Shown: piece by piece, positions 30,768 to 40,239 of the stretch
Numbering within the stretch: the first letter of the stretch is position 1
Layout: the number at the start of each line of letters is the position of its first letter
Assembly: GCA_965227295.1 (NCBI GenBank)
Contig: OZ245742.1
Location: 1,120,001 to 1,184,000, forward strand
DNA length: 64,000 nucleotides
Origin: Leptonemataceae bacterium
Lineage (GTDB): Bacteria; Spirochaetota; Leptospiria; Leptospirales; Leptonemataceae
Reading direction: 5' to 3'
Translations under genes and position numbers: made by a program
The notes under the pieces: model-generated
What the model saw: the letters and a program-made list of their open reading frames with translations, nothing else
The model's database searches: none
Told to the model about the DNA's origin: nothing

Positions 30768-31571
30768 ATGACCGGAGACGAACTCAAGGCCGCCGTCGTC
30801 GAACGCGGACTCACATACCCCGCCGATCTCTTTGACGAATTCGACGCGGATGCCGTCGCCGCGTTCTACGACTTTCTGGAACGCGACAATGAGGCCGGCG
30901 GTTTTTTTTCGAAGAACGATTCGCAGCGCATCTTTGAACGACACCTCTTCGAATCCCTCCTCTTCGCCCGCTACGTGGCACGGGAGTATTATGTCGCGTC
31001 GGGCAAACTCGTTTCACGTGAAACGCGGATCCTCGATGTGGGCTCCGGCCCCGGCCTCCCGGGCTACCTCTTTGCCTGCCGCCGGCCCTCACCGCGGGTG
31101 ACGTTACTCGACAGCTCGCGTCGCCGCCTCGGTCGTCTCGAAGAATGGTTGAACACCGCGGCCACGGACGGCGGAGACGGAACCGCACACGTTGCGAGTG
31201 ATGATGTTGCATTCGTATACGAACGCTCGGAGGAGCACCAAACCGGTCGGGGGCGGAACGCCTACGATCTTGTGGTCGCCCGCGCCTTGATTCCTTTTCC
31301 GGCTGCCGTGGAATTGCTGTGCCGGCTTCCCCGCATCGGTGGAGTCATGGCTCTGTGGTGCGGCGAGAACGATCCGCGAGGCCCGCGGCTCGAAGATTAC
31401 CTGGCAGAGCTCGGCTACGTTTCACGTGAAACGCTCGACATCCCTGAATTGACTTTTCTCGGCCACCGCCGAATCATGCTCCTCGTTCGCGAGCGCGAAA
31501 CTCAGAAACCGTATCCCCGGGACTGGAAGAAGATCAAGGACTCAATCTCTCAATGGACAAGAAGATCATAG
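30768..31571 (+). CDS. rsmG: 16S rRNA m7G527 methyltransferase RsmG (GidB)
   Basis: [26 protein letters not shown] and C-terminal YPR; directly upstream of parA. Confidence 0.85.
   Translation: MTGDELKAAVVERGLTYPADLFDEFDADAVAAFYDFLERDNEAGGFFSKNDSQRIFERHLFESLLFARYVAREYYVASGKLVSRETRILDVGSGPGLPGYLFACRRPSPRVTLLDSSRRRLGRLEEWLNTAATDGGDGTAHVASDDVAFVYERSEEHQTGRGRNAYDLVVARALIPFPAAVELLCRLPRIGGVMALWCGENDPRGPRLEDYLAELGYVSRETLDIPELTFLGHRRIMLLVRERETQKPYPRDWKKIKDSISQWTRRS
31010..31025. promoter_or_regulatory. parS site (inside rsmG)
   Basis: Perfect 16-bp palindrome CGTTTCACGTGAAACG. Confidence 0.9.
31418..31433. promoter_or_regulatory. parS site (inside rsmG)
   Basis: Second identical perfect palindrome CGTTTCACGTGAAACG. 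Confidence 0.9.
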
Positions 31572-32317
31572 CACTGGCAAACCAGAAAGGCGGCGTCGGT
31601 AAGACCACCACCGCCGTGAACCTCGGCGGCTATCTCGCAAAGGCGGGACAGAACATTCTCCTCATAGATATCGACCCCCAGGGCAACGCCAGCTCCGGCC
31701 TGGGCGTAGACATCCATGATCTCGAAAAGACAATCTACGAAGTATTGATCGGCGAGATTTCCGCGGCCGAGGCCATTGTGCCGACGCAGTACTCCGGACT
31801 CTCTCTGCTTCCCGCGAACGTGAATCTCTCCGGCGTGGAAGTGGACATGCTGCAAATGGACGACAAAGAGTACATTCTCCGCACGGCCATGGAGCAGGTG
31901 GTCAACAGTTACGACCTCGTACTGATCGACTGCCCCCCGAACCTGGGCATCCTCACCCTGAACGCTTTGTGCGCATCTTCCAGCGTCATGATTACGTTGC
32001 AGACCGAATACTATGCCCTCGAAGGTTTGACGCAATTAATGAAGGTCATTCAACTTGTGCAGCAATCGTTGAATCCCGAGTTAGTTCTGGAAGGCGTCGT
32101 CCTTACGATGTACGATCAGCGGACCAGCCTCGCGAATCAGGTGGTCGAGGATGTTCGCGAACACTTCGGCGAGAAGGTGTACGAGACCGTCATCCCACGG
32201 AATGTGAAGTTGTCCGAGGCGCCGTCCTTCGGAAAATACATCGGCGAGTATGCCCCGGATTCCGCCGGCGCCCGATCCTACGAGACCCTCGCGAAAGAGG
32301 TGATTGATCGTGGCTAA
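31553..32317 (+). CDS. parA: Chromosome partitioning ATPase ParA/Soj
   Basis: [10 protein letters not shown] deviant Walker [15 protein letters not shown] and [14 protein letters not shown]. Confidence 0.97.
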   Translation: MDKKIIALANQKGGVGKTTTAVNLGGYLAKAGQNILLIDIDPQGNASSGLGVDIHDLEKTIYEVLIGEISAAEAIVPTQYSGLSLLPANVNLSGVEVDMLQMDDKEYILRTAMEQVVNSYDLVLIDCPPNLGILTLNALCASSSVMITLQTEYYALEGLTQLMKVIQLVQQSLNPELVLEGVVLTMYDQRTSLANQVVEDVREHFGEKVYETVIPRNVKLSEAPSFGKYIGEYAPDSAGARSYETLAKEVIDRG

Positions 32318-33203
32318 AAAACTCGGACGCGGTCTCTCGAACTTGATCCCCGGTGCAGATCGCAGCGGCGGGAAGGACGCCGGCGTGGTTCGGGACAACC
32401 CGAACTACCAGGAACTTCCCATTCAAAGTGTGCGGCCCAATCCGAAGCAACCGCGCAAGCACTTCAACGAATCGGAGATTGCCGAGCTGGCGAAGACGTT
32501 GCACAGCGTCGGCCTCATCGAACCGGTCGTGGTCCGCCGCATGCAAAACGAAGGCGGCGAGTTCTATCAACTCATCTCCGGCGAACGTCGATTGCGCGCG
32601 GCCACCATGGCCGGCTTCAAGAAGATCCCCGCCGTCATCAAACAGGTCAACGACGTGCAGGCCCTGGAAATGGGCATCATTGAAAACATCCAGCGCGAAG
32701 AGCTGTCCCCCGTAGAAGAGGCGCGCGCCTACGAGTACTGGATGCAGGAGACCGGGCGCAAGGCCAGCGATCTCTCCAGCAAGGTCGGCAAAGATCGCAC
32801 CACGATAACCAACCTCATTCGTTTACTAAAGTTGCCGCCGGAAGTCCTGGAACTGGTGGAGACAAAGATGATCACGCCGGGTCAGGCGCGACCGTTGCTC
32901 GGCATCGGTGATCGTAAGATGCTCGGCAACATCGCGAAGAAGATTGTCCGCGAAGGCTGGACCGCGCGCCGCGTCGAAGAAGAAGTCGCAAAGCTCACCG
33001 ATGGCAGCGGCAGCACCGGCGGCAAGAAAGCTTCGTCCGGTCGTCGCGATCCGAACATCAAAAACCTGGAAGATCGTTTGCGCTCGAAGTTCGGCGCAAA
33101 GGTCCAGGTGCAACACAAGAAAAGCGGCGGCGGCAAGATTACCGTGAACTACGCGAACCTGGAAGACCTCGAACGCCTCATGGAAATCTGGAAGATCCGC
33201 TGA
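32310..33203 (+). CDS. parB: Chromosome partitioning protein ParB/Spo0J
   Basis: LGRGL N-terminus, QPRKHF, GERRLRA (CTP-binding), ENIQREEL and an HTH. Confidence 0.97.
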   Translation: MAKKLGRGLSNLIPGADRSGGKDAGVVRDNPNYQELPIQSVRPNPKQPRKHFNESEIAELAKTLHSVGLIEPVVVRRMQNEGGEFYQLISGERRLRAATMAGFKKIPAVIKQVNDVQALEMGIIENIQREELSPVEEARAYEYWMQETGRKASDLSSKVGKDRTTITNLIRLLKLPPEVLELVETKMITPGQARPLLGIGDRKMLGNIAKKIVREGWTARRVEEEVAKLTDGSGSTGGKKASSGRRDPNIKNLEDRLRSKFGAKVQVQHKKSGGGKITVNYANLEDLERLMEIWKIR

Positions 33204-34022
33204 TCAGTGCTTCGCGCTGATGTGCTCGTGCGTTTCGAGATGCTGCGCACAGTACTCGTGATCGTCGCAGTCCACGCAGTAACGAAAGTCCATGTGCGGG
33301 TCGTCATGTTCGGTCATGCCGCAGACGGTGCACTTGTGAATGCTCGTCGGCATCGCCGCTTCGAACTTTGCGCGCCGAACCTGCACCGCTCCCCGCCGAC
33401 CAATGCGGCTCAGCATGTCCGGCCCGTAGAAGATCAGGAAGTTTCCGAGTCCGAAGATCGGAGTCAATAGCAGGAAGAACTCCCCGCTCGCTCGCACCAG
33501 ACTGATCGTCCCGAATATCATGAGAGCCAGGAAGATCCAGGCAATCCATTTCAGCTTCACGGGGATAAAGAAAAATAACAGGATCTGTTGGTTCGGATTC
33601 AGATACGCCACCGCAATTAGAACGGCGAAGTCCAGATAGAACGCCGACACGAATGCCCGCCCCACCACCAACGTTTCGAGCACTCCGCCGATCAAGAGGA
33701 TGAGCCAGCCCAGATAAATAAACGCATTGAATCGCACGGTGCCGAGTTCCGCTTCCAGCCACGAGGCAAATTGCCAGAAGATAAACAGGAACAGGACGAG
33801 ACCGAACCAGCGGCTCTGGAAGAGCATGCCGGCGTCGACACGAAAGGGAAAGATCAGAAGATGCCACAGCTCGCCACGTACAAAGATCCGTTCGAACGTT
33901 AACAGGCCCAGGTCGCTGTTTGTGAGCAATGCGAGGGCCGAGACGAGGCCGGTCAGACCGATCACGTAGATCGTAAAGTTTTCCACCGCGATCTTGCTGA
34001 TCAGCTTCTCAAATCTCCGCAT
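33204..34022 (-). CDS. Rhomboid-like membrane protein with C-terminal Cys/His zinc-binding tail
   Basis: About 6 TM, GELWHL, LFFFIPVKLKW; tail HKCTVCG…FRYCVDCDDHEYCAQH. Confidence 0.7.
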   Translation of the reverse strand: MRRFEKLISKIAVENFTIYVIGLTGLVSALALLTNSDLGLLTFERIFVRGELWHLLIFPFRVDAGMLFQSRWFGLVLFLFIFWQFASWLEAELGTVRFNAFIYLGWLILLIGGVLETLVVGRAFVSAFYLDFAVLIAVAYLNPNQQILLFFFIPVKLKWIAWIFLALMIFGTISLVRASGEFFLLLTPIFGLGNFLIFYGPDMLSRIGRRGAVQVRRAKFEAAMPTSIHKCTVCGMTEHDDPHMDFRYCVDCDDHEYCAQHLETHEHISAKH

Positions 34023-34136
34023 TGCCCGAGTGAGCTTCGCGGAAAGCCCCTCGGTCAACCTTTATTTCGAAACAGGCTCCTGTCGATTACGGGGAAAAAG
34101 GCTGGCCGGTCCCACCGCGCAGCGCCTCCATGATGC

Positions 34137-35282
34137 ATGAGCGATAAGCGCGTGGTCGTTATTCTCGGCGGAGGTTATGCCGGCCTGTCTGCGGCCGTGA
34201 TCCTCTCACGCGCCTCTAACGAATTCGAGGTGCATCTCGTAGACCGTGACGAGACCTACACAACCCTCATTCATCTACACAAAACAGCCCATCGGCCGCT
34301 GTCAGATATCGCCGTCGACTACCATAAAATAGCTGCCGGGTTCGGCTTTCGATTCCACCGCCAGGACCTGGACTTCGATCGGAGTCTGCTGTTCAAGTGG
34401 CAAAGCGAACGCAGCATTCCTCTGGCCCGGGGACGCCTTCGCTTCGACTACCTGGTGGTCTGTACCGGAGCCACCGGCCTTCCCCTCGAACGCCAGACGG
34501 ATCCAGACCTCATCGGCACGCAATTGCTCACTCTCGCTCACGTCAAACAACACGGACTGCGGGATGCCCTGCACGGCTACCTCGATCAGGCAGCCGGCGG
34601 CTCCATCGCCGTAGTTGGCGCTGGAGCCACGGGATTACAGTTCTTGTTCGAAGTACAGCACGCCATCCGGGAACGCAAAGTGGATTGCCGCCTGCATTTG
34701 GTGGACCTGGAAGAGCGGGTACTGTCACATCTGCCGCGGCGCTTCCATGACTACATCACGGATCGCCTGGAACGGGACGGCATTGGATACCATCCTCGAG
34801 TCAAATTCAGCTGCCAGGAGTACGGCCGCCTCGTCGGTGAGCGCAGCGGGGAGATCGTTGAAATACCATCCGATCTTACGCTCCTCTTCCCCGGCGTAGC
34901 GGCGCATCCGTTCCCCTTGCGCACCGATAAGTTTGGTCGGGTCGAAGTTAAGGGCGAAACCTTGCAGGGCGTCTACGCCGCCGGGGACTGCTCCCACTTC
35001 GAGGGGTCCGGGCTCAATGCCCAAACAGCCCAGGCAGCCGTTCGCAAGGGCCGGCAAATCGCCGAGAACATTCGTCGGGAAGTGGCCGGGAAAGACCTGC
35101 GTTCCTACAAATACGTGGAGTTGGGATATTTCATCAGCCTTGGTCCCTGGGACGGCATCGGCTGGATGCTCGTGAACTTCAACGTGTTGACCGGGGCCGC
35201 AGCCTTCGCCGTGAAAGAAATGATCGAATTGCAGTTCCGCATGTTCCTGGAAGGCTTCGACACATACATTGACTTTCCCTAA
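34137..35282 (+). CDS. NAD(P)/FAD-dependent oxidoreductase (NDH-2-like)
   Basis: ILGGGYAG, VVGAGATG, YAAGDC, QTAQAA and GYFISLG. Confidence 0.85.
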   Translation: MSDKRVVVILGGGYAGLSAAVILSRASNEFEVHLVDRDETYTTLIHLHKTAHRPLSDIAVDYHKIAAGFGFRFHRQDLDFDRSLLFKWQSERSIPLARGRLRFDYLVVCTGATGLPLERQTDPDLIGTQLLTLAHVKQHGLRDALHGYLDQAAGGSIAVVGAGATGLQFLFEVQHAIRERKVDCRLHLVDLEERVLSHLPRRFHDYITDRLERDGIGYHPRVKFSCQEYGRLVGERSGEIVEIPSDLTLLFPGVAAHPFPLRTDKFGRVEVKGETLQGVYAAGDCSHFEGSGLNAQTAQAAVRKGRQIAENIRREVAGKDLRSYKYVELGYFISLGPWDGIGWMLVNFNVLTGAAAFAVKEMIELQFRMFLEGFDTYIDFP

Positions 35283-35362
35283 CCTTAGAGCTTAATTGAC
35301 GTCCAGTTGCAACTTCGGGATACTGGCAGGCTACGACAGGCTTCGGCCCCGTAGTGCTGACA

Positions 35363-36550
35363 ATGAAGACTAACCTTACTTGCTTGATCGCCAAGCTAAA
35401 CACTTCCGGCGCGATGAAGCTTACCGTGGAACTCGTCCTGCACCTGGATCCGAATGAGTTCGAGCGCCGGGTAATCTTTCAGTACTACGATTACCGTCAG
35501 TACCGCCGTACTGTCCCTCAGCTTCGCGCAGCCGGCATCCCTTTTGTTGTTCTGTATCGTATCCTCCCGGAATTTCTTATGGGTTTCGCACCGGCCCGGT
35601 TCCTTGAGAGCAACCTCATTCGATTTTTTGGCGGCCCAATTCTTCGCTGGAACCTGCGGCATTTCATGCGCGGCTACCCCCGGGATGTCCTTTACTCCAA
35701 TATCGATCGCGGGCGGAACCTTAAAGAGTTCATCCAGAGTTTTCCCCGGCGCATCATTCACATTCACGTCAACAACCGCCGGATTGATCAGAGCCAGGGT
35801 TTCAACGCGGAGCGGATCGAGACTCTGAATGCCATGACCCACGTTCTGGCGGGTTCCGCGAACACCCTGCAGAGCCTGATCTCCAAAGGCGTGTCCACGA
35901 TTCGTATGAGTGAAATGGGGTCCTCCATTGTACCGTTTGAGGTCCCCGCAGAGACCAGTCGAAAGCTCCGCGAAAGCCTCGGCTTCGCTCCGAACGACAT
36001 AGTCATCGGTGGTTGCGGCGGTGTTTCCGAACGCAAAGGTACGGATCTATTTATCCAGGTGGCCGCACGGCTGGCACCGAAGCATGCAGGGCTGCGGTTC
36101 ATCTGGATCAGCGGCCCCGGTAGTATCGCCGACATCTATCGGGATAAGGAGCGAACCCGGGAACTCGAAGAACTCGTCCGGAACCTGGGAGATCGATTCG
36201 TACTCACCGACATGGTCCCGAACCCTCATGACTACTTTTCAATTCTAGACATGTTCGTCATGTCCTCGCGCTCCGACGGTTTGCCGCTGGTTTTGCTGGA
36301 AAGCATGTCACTGGGACTTCCAGTCGTCAGCGGTACTGAAGTAGCCCATTCCTCCGCACTGCTCGCCCCGTGCATTCATAAGGTCGACGCGGTAACAGTC
36401 GAAAATATTTCGGCCGGCATTGAATACCTCCTCCAACATCCGGAGAAGCGGCAGACGTACGGCGAAAGTTCACGCCAGTGCATTCTTGATCACTTCGATA
36501 CCCGTCAGCGGGCGAAACAACTGGCCGCCTTTCTGCGACCCGAAGCATGA
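35363..36550 (+). CDS. Glycosyltransferase family 4 protein
   Basis: ERKGTDLF and SSRSDGLPLVLLESMSLGLPVV (GT-B/GT4 signature). Confidence 0.85.
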   Translation: MKTNLTCLIAKLNTSGAMKLTVELVLHLDPNEFERRVIFQYYDYRQYRRTVPQLRAAGIPFVVLYRILPEFLMGFAPARFLESNLIRFFGGPILRWNLRHFMRGYPRDVLYSNIDRGRNLKEFIQSFPRRIIHIHVNNRRIDQSQGFNAERIETLNAMTHVLAGSANTLQSLISKGVSTIRMSEMGSSIVPFEVPAETSRKLRESLGFAPNDIVIGGCGGVSERKGTDLFIQVAARLAPKHAGLRFIWISGPGSIADIYRDKERTRELEELVRNLGDRFVLTDMVPNPHDYFSILDMFVMSSRSDGLPLVLLESMSLGLPVVSGTEVAHSSALLAPCIHKVDAVTVENISAGIEYLLQHPEKRQTYGESSRQCILDHFDTRQRAKQLAAFLRPEA

Positions 36551-37500
36551 ATTCTTACGCAACAGATTCTGTCCTCATTACCGGTGCGGGAGGATTTATC
36601 GGCTCTCACCTTGCCGAACGCCTGACGGCGGTGGGGGCTTCGGTCACAGCACTGGTCCGCCCGGGCTCCGATCTGTGGCGCATCCATGATATGCCGGGGC
36701 TGCGGCTCATGCCCGTAGACCTGGCCGATGCTGAAGCGGTGCGCCGTTGTATTGTCGACGTCCGGCCGAAGAAAACCTTTCATCTCGCATCCGTTACCAA
36801 TGTTGACCGCGAACCAAAGTTGAATCTTCGAATGATCGACGTCAATCTGAAGGGTCTCATACACATCGTCAACGCGCTTGAAGACGAGGAGATCGATTTC
36901 GATTGTCTGGTAAACTGCGGCACGTGCGAAGAATACGGCGACAACCCGGCCCCGTTTCACGAACGCCAAAGGGAAAATCCCGTCTCGCCGTATTCCGCTT
37001 CTAAGGTTGCGGCTACGCACTTTTGCGGCATGCTTCATAAAACGCGCGGGCTACCTTTGCTGACCGTGCGCCCCTTTCTTACCTACGGTCCCCGGCAAAC
37101 CAATCATATGCTCATCCCTTCGCTCATTCGACGGTGCCTGGCAGCGGAAAACTTCGACATGACGCCGGGGGAACAAACCCGGGAATTCAACTACGTGGAC
37201 GACATTGTGGACGGCTTTCTCGCTGCGGGCCGAACGCCGGCGGCAATCGGCCGTGTGATTAACCTCGGCAGTGGAAAGGAGCACCGGATTCGCTACGTCG
37301 CGGAACTGGTACGTGATCTTACCAATTCAAAGTCGCAACTGAACTTTGGCCGTATTTCGTATAGGCCCGGCGAAACCATGCATTTTTATTCGGACTCGAA
37401 CCTGGCGCGAGAAATCCTGGGCTGGGAATCGAAAACCGAACTATCCGCGGGAATCGAGAAGACAATCACCTGGTACCGCCAGTACCTGACCCGCCCTTGA
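36547..37500 (+). CDS. NAD-dependent epimerase/dehydratase (extended SDR)
   Basis: ITGAGGFIGSHL, YSASK, TYGPRQ, REFNYVDD and NLGSG; ATGA overlap with the GT4 gene. Confidence 0.9.
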   Translation: MNSYATDSVLITGAGGFIGSHLAERLTAVGASVTALVRPGSDLWRIHDMPGLRLMPVDLADAEAVRRCIVDVRPKKTFHLASVTNVDREPKLNLRMIDVNLKGLIHIVNALEDEEIDFDCLVNCGTCEEYGDNPAPFHERQRENPVSPYSASKVAATHFCGMLHKTRGLPLLTVRPFLTYGPRQTNHMLIPSLIRRCLAAENFDMTPGEQTREFNYVDDIVDGFLAAGRTPAAIGRVINLGSGKEHRIRYVAELVRDLTNSKSQLNFGRISYRPGETMHFYSDSNLAREILGWESKTELSAGIEKTITWYRQYLTRP

Positions 37501-37538
37501 ACGGTCCCTGGATTTTTGCTCTCAATCAAACCAGGCGA

Positions 37539-38405
37539 TCAGTACTTCGGCAACGACGGATCCACGCGTTCGGCCCACGCCAGAATGCCCCCGCTCAGAT
37601 TCCACACGTGTTCGAAGCCGGCGTCCCGCATGATTTTCACGGCCTTCGCAGACCGTGCGCCGGCTTTGCAATAGACCACGAACTCCTGATTCACGTCCAT
37701 TTCCGCCAGGCGGCCGGCAACGTCGCTCAGCGGAATCCAGAGTGAGTCCGTAATGTATCCCAACTCCCGCTCGCCGCGCTCTCGAACGTCAATCACGGTT
37801 ACAGAGTCTTTCCCGCGGCGGCGGCGATAGAGTTCTTCTGCGCTGATCTCGCCGCTGCCGGGATTCACTTCGCATACGGCCGGGACGAAAGCGCCCGACG
37901 GTTCCGGTTTCGCAGTGGGCTCCTCCTCGCGGCCGCATGCCGGGCACTCCGGATTCTTCCCCAGGTCTTCCCACCGAAGAATCAGCTCCCGTGCATTGTA
38001 CTCCAGGTAGAGCGAATCCTGCGGTTCGATGAGCATCTGAAGCGCCGCGTTCACCGCGAGGCCGGCGATGGTCCCGGCGACGACACCAAATCCTTCCGTT
38101 GCATCGTCCATGATAGGATGGCCCGCGCTGGACGCGCAACTTTCGCATGCGCTGCCGTCTGCAAAACCGAGGAGCCAGGCACGGCCGAGAAAGCCGGACG
38201 CGCTAACGTGCAGCCGCGGGATGTTTGCATCGTGCCGCTCTTCCACCCGGCCGACTCCGGATTCGCGCAGAAACTGTGCCGCAAGACTGCCGGCGGAACC
38301 GGAAACCACGATGCGCGACGCCCGCAAGCATTGCTGGCCGACAAGGCCGACTTCGGGGAGGAGGATGTGGCGCTGGAAACGCTCGATTTCTTCGGGGGAC
38401 AACAC
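37539..38405 (-). CDS. Degenerate MoeB/ThiF-like domain fused to a rhodanese domain
   Basis: MoeB-type N-terminus (RFQRHILLPEVGLVGQ), CESC and CPAC zinc motifs, rhodanese DVRE…YCKAGARS…LSGGILAW. The central adenylation segment is absent. Confidence 0.8.
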   Translation of the reverse strand: MLSPEEIERFQRHILLPEVGLVGQQCLRASRIVVSGSAGSLAAQFLRESGVGRVEERHDANIPRLHVSASGFLGRAWLLGFADGSACESCASSAGHPIMDDATEGFGVVAGTIAGLAVNAALQMLIEPQDSLYLEYNARELILRWEDLGKNPECPACGREEEPTAKPEPSGAFVPAVCEVNPGSGEISAEELYRRRRGKDSVTVIDVRERGERELGYITDSLWIPLSDVAGRLAEMDVNQEFVVYCKAGARSAKAVKIMRDAGFEHVWNLSGGILAWAERVDPSLPKY

Positions 38406-38437
38406 GTCATTATACAGACGCGCATCCCCTTCGAGGA

Positions 38438-39871
38438 TTACGCGTTCGCTTTGATTTCGGTGATCAGCTTGCTGATCGCGTCCTTGGCGTCACCGAGGTA
38501 CATGAGGCAGTTATCGAAGCCGTAGAGTTCGTTGTCGATGCCGGCATAACCCGGCCGCAGCGAACGTTTTACGACGACGACGGTGCGAGCTTTGTCGCAA
38601 TTCAAGATGGGCATGCCGTAGATAGGGGAGTTCTTGTCGTGGCGCGCCGCCGGATTCGTGACGTCGTTCGCACCGATGACCAGGGCGACGTCCGTGTTTG
38701 CGAAGTCGTCGTTGATCTCGTCCATCTCTTTGAGCTTCTCGTAATCGACCTGTGCTTCGGCCAGCAGAACGTTCATGTGGCCCGGCATCCGTCCCGCCAC
38801 CGGGTGGATGGCGTAGCGAACTTCCGCACCGCGGGCTTCCAGTTGGTTCGCCAGTTCACGCACGACGTGCTGGGCCTGGGCCACGGCCATACCGTAGCCG
38901 GGAACCACAATGACCGACGACGCCGTTTCGAAGACCATGGCGGCCTCTTCGACGCCGATCTGTTTGTAGACGATTTCTTTGCCGTCGCCGGCCGAGGGGC
39001 CGCCACCGGTCTGGCCGAAGCCGCCGAGGAGAACGTTCAACAGTGAACGGTTCATGGAAACACACATGATCTGCGTGAGGATCAGACCCGAAGCGCCGAC
39101 CAGAGCTCCCGTGATGATGAGGACCTTGTTGCCGAGAACAAAGCCCGTCGTGGAGGCCGCGATGCCCGAGTACGAGTTCAGCAGCGAAATCACAACCGGC
39201 ATGTCCGCGCCGCCGATGGGAATCACCAGCAGGATACCGAGGATCATTGCCAGGACCACGAGAATAATGGCAATTTCGGTCTTCGCGAGCGGCGCCATGC
39301 CCACAGAGTTAAAGAACGCGCCCACCGTAAATGAATCCACGCTGATCAACACGCCGAGACCGACGGCAAACAGGATCAGCAGCAGATTGATGGGATGTTG
39401 CAGCGGATAGGTAACGGCGTTGTCCGGAACGAACGAAAGGCCCTGGAGCTTTCCAAAAGCGATCAGCGAACCGGTAAACGTTACGCCGCCGATCAGAATA
39501 GAGAGAAAGACGGTGATCGCCGTATCCACCGGCTGGTTCGGCGCGTTCACAAACTCCGCCGAGGCGACGAGCAACGACGAGATGCCGCCGAAACCGTTCA
39601 ACAGGGCAACCATCTGCGGCATGCCGGTCATCTCGACCTTCAGCGCCATGATCGCACCGATGGCCGCGCCCAGCACAATTCCGGCAATGATCAGCTCAAA
39701 GCTGAGGACCTTGTGATCGAAGAGGGTCACAAGCACGGCCAGAAACATTCCCAGGGCGGCCAGGAAGTTGCCCTGCCGCGCCGTGCGCACCTTGCCGAGA
39801 CGCTTGATGCCGATGATGAACAGTACCGCGGAAACGAGATACGCGATGTCTTTTACTACTTCGATGGTCAT
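38438..39871 (-). CDS. pntB: NAD(P)+ transhydrogenase subunit beta
   Basis: MPQMVALLNGFGG, IGGADMPVVISLLNSYSG, VPGYGMAVAQAQH and HPVAGRMPGHMNVLLAEA. Confidence 0.97.
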   Translation of the reverse strand: MTIEVVKDIAYLVSAVLFIIGIKRLGKVRTARQGNFLAALGMFLAVLVTLFDHKVLSFELIIAGIVLGAAIGAIMALKVEMTGMPQMVALLNGFGGISSLLVASAEFVNAPNQPVDTAITVFLSILIGGVTFTGSLIAFGKLQGLSFVPDNAVTYPLQHPINLLLILFAVGLGVLISVDSFTVGAFFNSVGMAPLAKTEIAIILVVLAMILGILLVIPIGGADMPVVISLLNSYSGIAASTTGFVLGNKVLIITGALVGASGLILTQIMCVSMNRSLLNVLLGGFGQTGGGPSAGDGKEIVYKQIGVEEAAMVFETASSVIVVPGYGMAVAQAQHVVRELANQLEARGAEVRYAIHPVAGRMPGHMNVLLAEAQVDYEKLKEMDEINDDFANTDVALVIGANDVTNPAARHDKNSPIYGMPILNCDKARTVVVVKRSLRPGYAGIDNELYGFDNCLMYLGDAKDAISKLITEIKANA

Positions 39872-39909
39872 ATGCTATCTTTAGGTTGAATGCTTTAAGC
39901 GAGTACGTC

Positions 39910-40215
39910 TTATTTCTTGAGGAACATGCGGTGCATGCGGTCCGTTACCAAAAAGCCGCCCACCACGTTGATGGTTGCGAAGACCAGAGCCAGGAAACCG
40001 AGAATGGCGCTGATGCCCCAATCGTAACCGAGGAACTGAATGAATCCGGAGTCCTCACCGCCGGCGCTGAGAATGGCGCCCACCATGGTGATGCCCGAAA
40101 TGGCGTTCGCACCGGACATGAGCGGCGTGTGCAGAGTCGGCGGAACTTTGGTAATCAGCTCGAAGCCGAGGAATACCGAAAGAACGAAAATCGTAATCGC
40201 GATGATGAGTTCCAT
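39910..40215 (-). CDS. pntAb: NAD(P)+ transhydrogenase subunit alpha part 2 (membrane)
   Basis: VPPTLHTPLMSGANAISG and NVVGGFLVTDRM. Confidence 0.95.
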   Translation of the reverse strand: MELIIAITIFVLSVFLGFELITKVPPTLHTPLMSGANAISGITMVGAILSAGGEDSGFIQFLGYDWGISAILGFLALVFATINVVGGFLVTDRMHRMFLKK

Positions 40216-40239
40216 GTCTTGCTCCTGTTCCGCCGCAAA

